Of a DNA stretch of 52,082 nt, positions 1 through 7,973 are shown piece by piece; positions within the stretch are counted from its first letter, which is position 1; every line of letters begins with the position of its first letter. Made by a program: the position numbers and the translations under genes. Below the pieces are notes generated by a model. It did no database searches. It was not told the DNA's origin and saw only the letters and a program-made list of their open reading frames with translations. This DNA comes from Silvanigrellaceae bacterium (GTDB lineage: Bacteria > Bdellovibrionota_B > Oligoflexia > Silvanigrellales > Silvanigrellaceae): assembly GCA_049423385.1 (NCBI GenBank), contig JBMSQQ010000010.1, positions 1-52,082 on the forward strand, given 5' to 3'.

Positions 1-16
1 CAGCCTTTTTATTTCG

Positions 17-52
17 AATCCCCGAGGGTGAATGCTCTCGGGGATTTTTTTT
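17..52 (+). terminator. Rho-independent terminator for an upstream + strand gene outside the window
   Basis: Hairpin AATCCCCGAGGGT-GAAT-GCTCTCGGGGATT followed by a T run; faces the convergent gene ending at 100. Confidence 0.8.
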
Positions 53-84
53 GTTTGATCTCTTTCGAGTTTGATCTCTTTCGA
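53..84. repeat. Exact 16-bp tandem duplication GTTTGATCTCTTTCGA x2
   Basis: Identical copies at 53-68 and 69-84, read directly. Confidence 0.9.
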
Positions 85-99
85 AATTGATTCCGAGTC

Positions 100-675
100 T
101 TATTTTGCGAGTGATTTCAATTTCCAGGATTCTTGAACAAATCCAAATGTCCAAGAGCGCACTTCAGCGAGTTCTAACCAAACGTCTTGCACGAGATGTC
201 CGGGTGCTGATCCGCTTTTTTCAAAAAGCGATAATCCATCGTGAATCAGGACCGGAATTTTCGTGATGGTCAGTTCATCGAGCAATCCGGCCTGCAGAAA
301 TGCCCGTACGATTTGGCCGCCATCCACATATGCTCTTTTGATTCCAAGAACTGCCAGGTGCTCACTGAGATCTTCGGGCGTCTTCGAGGTACATGATACG
401 TTCTTTATCAACGCCGGAGGGATCGTGATCCCTTTTCTACTCATGACAAAAACTTTTTTCTCGCCATAGGGCCACTGCGGAAAGCTGAGCACTTTTTCGA
501 ACGATTTTCTGCCAAGTATCAAACAATCCACACTTGAGAAGAACATTCCAAATCCGCAGTCTTCGCCTGCCGGAACCATGCTGTTGGCTTTTTCGAGCCA
601 GTCAATTTCGCCATTGGATCTGGCAATGAAACCATCAAGGCTTGTGGCAAGAAAAGCACAGAATTGAACGGCCAT
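100..675 (-). CDS. Dihydrofolate reductase / RibD C-terminal domain family protein
   Basis: Motifs ATSLDGFIAR, LGRKSF, YVDGG and AGLLDEL..P; start moved to ATG at 675 behind an AAGGAG SD. Confidence 0.85.
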   Translation of the reverse strand: MAVQFCAFLATSLDGFIARSNGEIDWLEKANSMVPAGEDCGFGMFFSSVDCLILGRKSFEKVLSFPQWPYGEKKVFVMSRKGITIPPALIKNVSCTSKTPEDLSEHLAVLGIKRAYVDGGQIVRAFLQAGLLDELTITKIPVLIHDGLSLFEKSGSAPGHLVQDVWLELAEVRSWTFGFVQESWKLKSLAK

Positions 676-692
676 TGTTCGCTCCTTGGTGT

Positions 693-1127
693 TCACAACC
701 AATTGGTGAGGCTCTGTTTTCTGAGCGCCTCGTAAAGAAGTGTTCTTTCGGTGACGACCATTTCGCGTTCGCACATTTTGCTGCCCAAATGTCCGCGATG
801 ATCATCATAGGGATTGCAAACCGCCAAACGGTTGTTTTCGAGTGGAGCTGCGCCAACATTCAGAAGATCGCTGAAGAGTTCGGTGTCGACGTCTGAAAAA
901 TCGCAAGTAAGCTCGCTGCCAGGAATATATTGGATGCCATGTGCCCGGGCGAGAGCCTTTGCAACAGTCGATTCATCGATGGCATGAATTTCCAGCAGGA
1001 CGTCGGCTATGGACATTTTCCATTGCTCTGCAAGTCTGGATGCGATGGTCCAGTCAACATCATCGAGGTTGGACATTGTCCGGAGCGCTTGGAAAAGTTC
1101 TGGCAGCAGAATTTGATGATTTTGCAT
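693..1127 (-). CDS. Stand-alone GspE/PilB N-terminal (T2SSE_N/MshEN-like) domain protein
   Basis: SIADVLLEIHAIDESTVAKALARAHGIQYI and LAVCNPYD resemble the GspE N-domain; ATG at 1127 lies 4 bp after the TPR gene stop. Confidence 0.55.
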   Translation of the reverse strand: MQNHQILLPELFQALRTMSNLDDVDWTIASRLAEQWKMSIADVLLEIHAIDESTVAKALARAHGIQYIPGSELTCDFSDVDTELFSDLLNVGAAPLENNRLAVCNPYDDHRGHLGSKMCEREMVVTERTLLYEALRKQSLTNWL

Positions 1128-1131
1128 GATC

Positions 1132-3024
1132 TTAAGATGCGCCTGCGGGCAGAGCACGACGACGAATTTCCTGGATTCGCTTTTCTACCCTGAGTTTTGA
1201 TGCCGACCACTCAACGTCGGATTCTATCTTCCATTTAGGAGCTTTCTCAAAGACTTTTCCGGCGGATTCAAAATATTTTAATGCTGAGGGAATGTCCCCG
1301 AGTGTGTATTTCAGTTCGCCGAGATGCTCCATGATGACTGGTTCATTGGGCTCAAGGAACAATGCCGAATTCAAAGCCTTTTCCGCCTCGCCATAGTTCT
1401 TGAGTTTAAAGTGCAACCACCCCAGAGAATCGAGAAAGAAGCCGTTCTTTGGCTCTTTTTGAACGGCTTTCTGAACAAGCGCCACAGCAAATTCAAGCTT
1501 TTGGTTGGCTTCGCAGAGTGTGTAGCCGAGATGATTGAGTGATTGAACGTGCTCCGGGTTTTTTGCAATCAGTTTTTCCAAAGCACTGATTGAAGCGATC
1601 CGGGAAACCGTATGTTCCAGGAATGCAGCGCGCAAATATTGAAGATCGACCGAATTCGGGAACTTCTGGAGTCCGAGGTCCGCGAATGATTGCGCTCTGT
1701 CGAATTGGCCCATTTTTGAAAATGAGCCAGCCAGAAACCTGTACTCGTCTTCACTTGGTTTCTTTGCCGTGTTTTCAGCGAAGTCGTTCAATAGAAGCAC
1801 AGCTTCTTCGAATTTTCCATCTTCAATTTTGATTTGAATTGTCCGCTGCCTGGCTGGGCGCGAAACCTCACTCGAGTCGCCTATTTTTTGATAGAGCGCA
1901 AGTGCATCGGCATTGTTCTTCAGTCGTTCTTCGCACTGAGCAGCATAAAAATACATTCTGTCCTTGTCGTTCGCCTTTTCAACGAGGCTCAGAAACCTTT
2001 TCTTTGCTTCAGCAAAGTCGTCCAGTTGAAAAAGGACATACCCCAATTGAAAGACAAGATCCGGATCCATCTGATCTTCGGAATCGGATGTCGCTTCGAG
2101 TCTCAGCAAAAGTCTGCGGGCTTCTTGCATTTTATTTTGCTTGAGCAATTGAGTGACGTAATAGCGGGCGAGTGTATCGTTTTCCGGCTGTTTTTCATAT
2201 GCCTCGCGAAAGTACCGTTCAGCAGCGGCCTCGTTGTTTTCTTGCGTTGCAATAAATCCTGCAAGCGTCCAGCCTTCAATATTGTCTGGCGAAATTCGGA
2301 GGAGCTTGTCGAGGAGATTCTTTGCCTCCTTGTAATTTTTTTCTTCAGTCCTGAGCCTTGCGAGTCGCAACAGGAAATAAGGAGACTGCGGCATTGTGTT
2401 GATGGACTGGAGGAGAATTTCCTTCGCTTTTTGTTTTTTACCCGATTCAATCAGAAGATTGATGTAACGAGCCGAAACTTCCTCATTTTTGAGATTCTTT
2501 TTGTATGTTGCATCGAGGATTTCCAATGCTTCTTCGCGATTGCCCTTGAGTTGTGCGATATACGAGCGGGCGAGTGCTGGTTCGGGACTCTTGCTGTAAA
2601 GCAATTGTAATTTTCTGGCGATTTGTTCGCCCTCTGTGAGATCGCCGCCAAGCGTCACCAGTCGAACCAACTCTATTCCAGAGACAAGCGTCGGTTGCGA
2701 ATTGAAAACGGATCGCATCAGTCGTGTGGCTGGTTCAATCTGCTTTTGGTTTATAAAGTTTTCAGCAATCAAAAATGCGAGGTCTGCTTCGGCTTCCGAC
2801 AGGGGGCCCTTCGAGAGCTGTTCTAAGAGCTTGTCCCATTCTGCACCCGACTTTTGGGAGGGTGCTTCTTTTGACCTGAGTCCAAATCCGCTGGACTCTG
2901 TGGATTGTGCTGCCTGATCGTCCGTGCTTTTACAAGAGGCCGACCAAGCAATGCAGGTTGAAGAAACAAGAATCAATGATGCCTTCTTCAAGGAACCATT
3001 GAGTTGCCGGCAGATGCCCATCAT
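1132..3024 (-). CDS. Tetratricopeptide repeat protein, probably exported or a lipoprotein
   Basis: Many TPR helical repeats; C-terminal SLNHLGYTL...P.NG.FLDSLGW..FKL pattern; hydrophobic N-terminus with Cys; start overlaps the upstream stop (ATGA). Confidence 0.85.
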   Translation of the reverse strand: MMGICRQLNGSLKKASLILVSSTCIAWSASCKSTDDQAAQSTESSGFGLRSKEAPSQKSGAEWDKLLEQLSKGPLSEAEADLAFLIAENFINQKQIEPATRLMRSVFNSQPTLVSGIELVRLVTLGGDLTEGEQIARKLQLLYSKSPEPALARSYIAQLKGNREEALEILDATYKKNLKNEEVSARYINLLIESGKKQKAKEILLQSINTMPQSPYFLLRLARLRTEEKNYKEAKNLLDKLLRISPDNIEGWTLAGFIATQENNEAAAERYFREAYEKQPENDTLARYYVTQLLKQNKMQEARRLLLRLEATSDSEDQMDPDLVFQLGYVLFQLDDFAEAKKRFLSLVEKANDKDRMYFYAAQCEERLKNNADALALYQKIGDSSEVSRPARQRTIQIKIEDGKFEEAVLLLNDFAENTAKKPSEDEYRFLAGSFSKMGQFDRAQSFADLGLQKFPNSVDLQYLRAAFLEHTVSRIASISALEKLIAKNPEHVQSLNHLGYTLCEANQKLEFAVALVQKAVQKEPKNGFFLDSLGWLHFKLKNYGEAEKALNSALFLEPNEPVIMEHLGELKYTLGDIPSALKYFESAGKVFEKAPKWKIESDVEWSASKLRVEKRIQEIRRRALPAGAS

Positions 3025-5495
3025 GACTTCTCCAGGGCTGAATAAAGTTTGCGGGGCAGTCCATCAAATGCGCCGCTCGACATGAAGACGATCGTATCAC
3101 CCGGCCTGGATATTTCTACCAGTGTGTTGAGCAAAACTTCGTTGTCACTGAAATAGCTCGCCTTGGAGCCAATACTGGATGCAACTCGCGGGCCATCGAG
3201 CGCCTCTCCGTCTTTCAGGCGCAAATCCACTGGAACTTTTCCGAGCATGACCATGTCTGCGGAAGAAAAGCTCTGAGCGAGCTGCTCTTGCAATACGCTT
3301 CTGCGCATTGTTGCATTCCTTGGGTCAAAGCAAGCGATCAGGCGGCCTTTTCTCTGACTTGACGTGACATATGAACGGAATGCGTCGAGGGTTGTCGCAA
3401 TCGCAGTCGGATGGTGAGCAAAGTCGTCGAATACCGCAATATCCCTGGCCTGGCCGATGAGTTCGAAGCGGCGCTTCACTCCCAGGAACGAGCCGGCAGC
3501 GGCAGCCCAGCGTTTCAGCTGATGTCCTTCCAGACGCTCTGCATCAACAATTTTTTGAGTGGCAACTGAGTTGTTCTCGACAATATGAAGAGCCTGCAAA
3601 ACCGCCATTGACGCAGTGGCATTCATCGCATTGTGTTCGCCAAAGAGCCTTATTTTGACAACAACAGTTTCTCCACCGGGAGCTCTGCACGTGACTTCTG
3701 TTCCGTCTGTCAGGGTCTTTGTGCTTTGGTAGATCCACTGTTTACTGTTTTTGCCGAACCAGATTGTCGGCGCATTGGAACGCTCCACGACCTTCACAAC
3801 TCTTGCGTCGTCTGCATTAGCGACAACAATTCCACCCCGGTCGCGTGTGAGGCATGCCAGACGGTAGAATTCTTCCTCAATGGCTTCGATGGATGCGTAG
3901 ATATCGGCGTGATCAAATTCGATGTTGTTTATGAGAGCAATTTTGGGTTCGTAATGCAAAAATTTTGGCCCTTTGTCGAACAGCGCCGAGTCATATTCGT
4001 CGCCTTCAAGCACAAATATTTTTTTCGTCCCCAATTGGTAGCCATGCTGAAAGTTGGCTGGAGCTCCACCAACAAAGAGTGAAGGTTCTTTGCCCAGGTC
4101 TTGCAGCATTTGTGCAATCAGGCTTGTGGTTGACGTCTTTCCGTGGGTTCCACTGACGACGATATTGATGCACTCATGAAGAAAATAGCGGCGCAAGGCA
4201 GATGGAAAGCTCATTGTTGGAAGATCTGATGCCAGCAGTGATTCCATTTCGAGATTTGGTTTGAGTTCGGCGTTGCGCCTGGTGATGACGTTTGCAAGAA
4301 CAACGGCGTCAGGGTGAACCTTCGATAGGGTATCGGAGTGATAGCCAACCACCGGAGTCAGACCAATCTGGCGTATGACTTCGTCCATTGGCGGATAAAT
4401 TGGATTGTCACTGCCAGAAATTGAAAATTGGTCAGAGACAAAAAGGCCAGCGACGCTTGCCATGCCAGTTCCACCGACTCCGGTAAAATGCAGTTTTGGT
4501 TTTTGTTCCTGGGTAGAATTCGGAAGATAGAGTTGAGCTGGGAATTTTGTTGCCAATCCAGAACGGTCGCATCTCTCGTATGAACATGTGATTCTGGCGT
4601 TGCTGTTTTCAATCATGATTTCTGTCTGAGAATGTGCAACGAGCGGAAGGCGCGCCTTTGCGTGGCCAAAAACAGGAGCCACGACCACTGGTATTGCAAC
4701 TTTTCGAGCGAACAGCTGCGCGACTTCGAGTTCAGTTGCAAAAGTTCCATCCGCCTTGGGGCAGTCGGTGAAGCCACCCACCACAATAGCGGCGCAGGTG
4801 TCCACCATCCCTGAGTTGCACAAGGAATCAAACTTGCGCACCACACGGAACAGTTCTTCATTGATGTCTTCGAGAAACAATATTGAGTTGGCTGGCAGTC
4901 TCACGTGTTTGATGGTGGAAAAGCTTTCAGCCAAACTCAGATTGAATGGGATGCAAGGGCCTTTGATAACTTTTTTTGCAGTCGTTTTTGTGTTGGCAAC
5001 GGTGCCGGCAAGAATTTGCGGCCGGGGGATTTTACCTCGCATCAGGTCGAACAGGATTTCCGTGTCACTGTTTCCTTGCTCAAGCAGACTGGGGTCGAAC
5101 GCGTGATTGGCATGAATATATGTCAAATTCGGATGACGGGCCGCAAGGTAGTTTCCCAAAAAAGAATTGTCAGAAAATCCGATGAAAAGCTTTTGCGGCA
5201 GGACAGGTGGCAGTGCTGATTCAAGGTATCGGGGGAGTTCTGTAGTTCCAAATCCGCCTCGAGCTGCCCAGACGAACGAATATTTGCGTTGCGTCAGCGC
5301 CTGTGAAAGGAGAAGCGCCCTTTCGAGCGGCTTGCCGGCCGTCAGGTCGTGCATTTCCGGAGATTCCGGTTCGAGCGTGGTTAGATTGAAGCCCAGTTCG
5401 GCGAGTTGGCTGATTCGTGTCTTGCGTTCGCCATCGTCGAGCCGTGTGCGACCGGCTGGAAAGACCAATGCTCCATTTTGCTGACTCGCTGACAT
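3021..5495 (-). CDS. mpl: Fusion of LD-carboxypeptidase (peptidase S66, LdcA-like) and murein tripeptide ligase Mpl
   Basis: N-half ARGGFG, IGFSD, FLEDINE, FGH (Ser-Glu-His triad); C-half GVGGTGM, SGTHGKTSTT, EGDEYDSALFDKGPKFLHY, DDFAHHPTAI; one 824-aa ORF with GGAGG SD. Confidence 0.9.
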   Translation of the reverse strand: MSASQQNGALVFPAGRTRLDDGERKTRISQLAELGFNLTTLEPESPEMHDLTAGKPLERALLLSQALTQRKYSFVWAARGGFGTTELPRYLESALPPVLPQKLFIGFSDNSFLGNYLAARHPNLTYIHANHAFDPSLLEQGNSDTEILFDLMRGKIPRPQILAGTVANTKTTAKKVIKGPCIPFNLSLAESFSTIKHVRLPANSILFLEDINEELFRVVRKFDSLCNSGMVDTCAAIVVGGFTDCPKADGTFATELEVAQLFARKVAIPVVVAPVFGHAKARLPLVAHSQTEIMIENSNARITCSYERCDRSGLATKFPAQLYLPNSTQEQKPKLHFTGVGGTGMASVAGLFVSDQFSISGSDNPIYPPMDEVIRQIGLTPVVGYHSDTLSKVHPDAVVLANVITRRNAELKPNLEMESLLASDLPTMSFPSALRRYFLHECINIVVSGTHGKTSTTSLIAQMLQDLGKEPSLFVGGAPANFQHGYQLGTKKIFVLEGDEYDSALFDKGPKFLHYEPKIALINNIEFDHADIYASIEAIEEEFYRLACLTRDRGGIVVANADDARVVKVVERSNAPTIWFGKNSKQWIYQSTKTLTDGTEVTCRAPGGETVVVKIRLFGEHNAMNATASMAVLQALHIVENNSVATQKIVDAERLEGHQLKRWAAAAGSFLGVKRRFELIGQARDIAVFDDFAHHPTAIATTLDAFRSYVTSSQRKGRLIACFDPRNATMRRSVLQEQLAQSFSSADMVMLGKVPVDLRLKDGEALDGPRVASSIGSKASYFSDNEVLLNTLVEISRPGDTIVFMSSGAFDGLPRKLYSALEKS

Positions 5496-5515
5496 GAAAA
5501 CGTGCCTCCCTGCAT

Positions 5516-5547
5516 TCCATCATGGTGATGGTTCCAACCATGATGGA
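5516..5547. promoter_or_regulatory. Perfect 11-bp inverted repeat just upstream of the ldcA-mpl SD
   Basis: TCCATCATGGT-N10-ACCATGATGGA; function inferred only from position. Confidence 0.45.
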
Positions 5548-5609
5548 CCGAAAGCGGCAAATGTTCCAGTGTCAGCAATGCGATCGAGGACAGTGCGAGT
5601 CGGTGAAGC

Positions 5610-6140
5610 TCAGTATCTTGGCAGGCCAGGGTTAATCGATTGTGCAAACTTGTCGATTCCCCCTTTCAGTGAAACGGCGTTTGGCAGGCCATTTTGGCGA
5701 AGGTACAATGCTGCATTCAAGCTTCTGACACCATGATGGCAATAGACGATCACATGCTTGGCTGATTGCCCCTGTTCAAAAACCAGCGGCATTGTTTTTT
5801 CGTTGAGCAAAATGGCTTTTTCGCCAAGTTTGCAAATCTCGAATTCCCAAGGCTCACGGACGTCTACGAGCAAGACGTCATCGGTTGATTTGAGAAGTTT
5901 TTCCGCTTCATGGGCATCGATTTGGGCAGCAAACATGTCGCGGATTCCACTGTTCAGCTCTTCGAGCATGTCCGGAGCGTTTTTGCCGTGTTTTTGTGCG
6001 ACTTCGGCGATGGTTTCTGTCGGTTCAAAACCGCAGGATGCGCAGCCACCGACGTGAAATTTTGCGTGCAACATCGCGCGTGCGAAAGGAAATGTGGTTT
6101 CAACTTCTTTCATCGTCGTTGCGAGAGAGAATTCTGTCAT
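5610..6140 (-). CDS. DUF1858-like CxxC domain + rhodanese sulfurtransferase
   Basis: N-terminal FHVGGCASCG; C-terminal LVDVREPWE, YCHHGVRS, SLKGGID; ATG at 6140 behind GAGGAG. Confidence 0.8.
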   Translation of the reverse strand: MTEFSLATTMKEVETTFPFARAMLHAKFHVGGCASCGFEPTETIAEVAQKHGKNAPDMLEELNSGIRDMFAAQIDAHEAEKLLKSTDDVLLVDVREPWEFEICKLGEKAILLNEKTMPLVFEQGQSAKHVIVYCHHGVRSLNAALYLRQNGLPNAVSLKGGIDKFAQSINPGLPRY

Positions 6141-6275
6141 AACACCCGGCTCCTCATAGAAAATGACATGCCTTTGGGGCATTGGCTTGTCCAACGAGCA
6201 CGGCAAGCTATAATCAGGTTTCAAAGAACTCAATCCTTTTTTACTCCGGGAGAGTCCGGGAGAGGGAACTCCTAT

Positions 6276-7262
6276 ATGCAGGACGTGTCCAGTTGGCTTG
6301 CTGAACGACTTATGAGCATGCCTGAAGCGAGCTTCGCCAAGTCTTCGCATCGGAAAGTCCCTGAAGTTTGTCGAAGGGTTGCGGAATTCAATTACTTTGC
6401 TGTTCCATTGGCCAATGGGATAGGGTCTGCCGTGTTGGCATCACCCAAGGAAAGCCGCCAGGGCGAGCCTGTACTCGTGATTCTTTGTCATGCCCTTGGA
6501 TTTGATGCGACCTATCCATATTGGCATTGGATTGAGGCCCTCAATCGACAAGGGCTTCACGTCTTGTCGCTCGACTGGGATGGACATGGAGTCAATGGCG
6601 GATCCGCGTTGGATATGCAGACGGCATCTCGTTCCATTCCGCTTGTTCTTCAGAAACTTTATGGTGAGGGCGGCTCGCAGCAACTTTCCATCAGCCGCAG
6701 GGGGCCGCAGTGTTTTCTGATGGGCCATGCGGCAGGCGCTTCATACAGTCTGCTCGCGGCATCCCGAATGGATTGCGCAAAAATCGTTTCGGGGGTCATC
6801 GCGGTCAGTCCAACCGTCAATACGTGCCAGGATGGCACGTTCAAACGAGAACGTTGGACTGTTTTGAATCCCGTGGCGTGGTTCAAGGACTATCTCTCAC
6901 TTCTCCCATTCTATGGACTGTCTGGTGTTGTTCCGCCCAGTTTCAAACGTCAGCTGAAAATGTTTCCGCTGAGATTGCGCATTGGGATTGACCGCGAAAT
7001 TCAATTGGCAAATTTTGTCAACGAGACTTTCGCTGCCCGGCGTGTGTTGAAAAACGTCAAGACTCCCGTGCTTTGGTTTCATGGAGCGCGAGACAAGCGC
7101 GTGCCGCTGGATCGGGCTCTCTCCCTGATGACTGAAATACCGTCCGCACTCTTTACGCATGTCGATGAAAATCGGGGTCATACGCGAATCATGTATGCCG
7201 CGGAGGTACCGGCTTATGCTGCAAAATTCATTGACACATGTGCATCTCTCAAAAATGGATGA
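6276..7262 (+). CDS. Alpha/beta hydrolase-fold protein with Ala at the nucleophile position
   Basis: LDWDGHG, GHAAG elbow, PVLWFHGARD, RGH; ATG at 6276 chosen to avoid overlap with the divergent gene. Confidence 0.75.
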   Translation: MQDVSSWLAERLMSMPEASFAKSSHRKVPEVCRRVAEFNYFAVPLANGIGSAVLASPKESRQGEPVLVILCHALGFDATYPYWHWIEALNRQGLHVLSLDWDGHGVNGGSALDMQTASRSIPLVLQKLYGEGGSQQLSISRRGPQCFLMGHAAGASYSLLAASRMDCAKIVSGVIAVSPTVNTCQDGTFKRERWTVLNPVAWFKDYLSLLPFYGLSGVVPPSFKRQLKMFPLRLRIGIDREIQLANFVNETFAARRVLKNVKTPVLWFHGARDKRVPLDRALSLMTEIPSALFTHVDENRGHTRIMYAAEVPAYAAKFIDTCASLKNG

Positions 7263-7280
7263 TTTTGGAATAACCACACC

Positions 7281-7973
7281 ATGGAGGTTTTTGTGATTAG
7301 AGTCCGCAGAGCATTGTTGTTGTCTAGTGCCGTATCATTTGCAGCATACTCCTCAGTTGGAATGGCTCAGTCATCGTCTGATTATACTCCGCCCATGGGT
7401 GAGCAGCCCACCTACGGAAAGCGTTATACGCCCGGTCAATCGGAAACCAATTACGTCATTGAAATCAACGCAGCACAGCTGGCAAACAAAGGTTTCGGAC
7501 TCGAATTCGAATCCCGTGGTTCCGAGTCCATGAATTTTGGTGCGGATATTCTGTATTCGGAAAAATCGGTCAATGAAGATTCGGGAGTGACGGGCACAGC
7601 GAAAAGCATGTTTGTCGCGCCAAAGATCAGGCTTTACCCGCAGCAGAACCTGTCGGGAGTCTTTCTCGGGGGCAAGCTTTATTTGGGACAAATTACTTCA
7701 ACAATCAGCACTTCAAACACTGATTCGGAAAAAACGTTCACCGTGATGGCTCCATCGGTGCACGTTGGATACCGTTTTCTGAGTACTTTTGGATTCACCT
7801 GGTCGGTTTATGGTGGTGCCGGAGTCAATTTTCCACAACCGAAGTTTGAGGAAAAGTTCCTCGTAGCCGAAGCCAAGGGCAAGCCCGGTGTCTCAGCTGC
7901 TATTGATAGTCTGAATGCATTGAACAAATCTGTTCGTTTTGACCTGGGTGTAACGCTCGGCGTCGCGCTTTAA
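7281..7973 (+). CDS. Putative outer-membrane beta-barrel protein (DUF3575-like)
   Basis: Signal peptide, alternating beta-strand patterns (HVGYRF, WSVYGGAG), C-terminal FDLGVTLGVAL. Confidence 0.6.
   Translation: MEVFVIRVRRALLLSSAVSFAAYSSVGMAQSSSDYTPPMGEQPTYGKRYTPGQSETNYVIEINAAQLANKGFGLEFESRGSESMNFGADILYSEKSVNEDSGVTGTAKSMFVAPKIRLYPQQNLSGVFLGGKLYLGQITSTISTSNTDSEKTFTVMAPSVHVGYRFLSTFGFTWSVYGGAGVNFPQPKFEEKFLVAEAKGKPGVSAAIDSLNALNKSVRFDLGVTLGVAL

Noticed and set aside
53..95. Possible CRISPR or iteron array
   Set aside because: Only two 16-bp copies with no spacers and no cas or rep gene
100..675. Trimethoprim-resistance dfr gene
   Set aside because: Motifs fit the broad RibD-C/DHFR-like family and there is no mobile context
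5910..6350. Apparent 440-bp overlap of divergent rhodanese and hydrolase ORFs
   Set aside because: Disappears when the SD-supported starts at 6140 and 6276 are used
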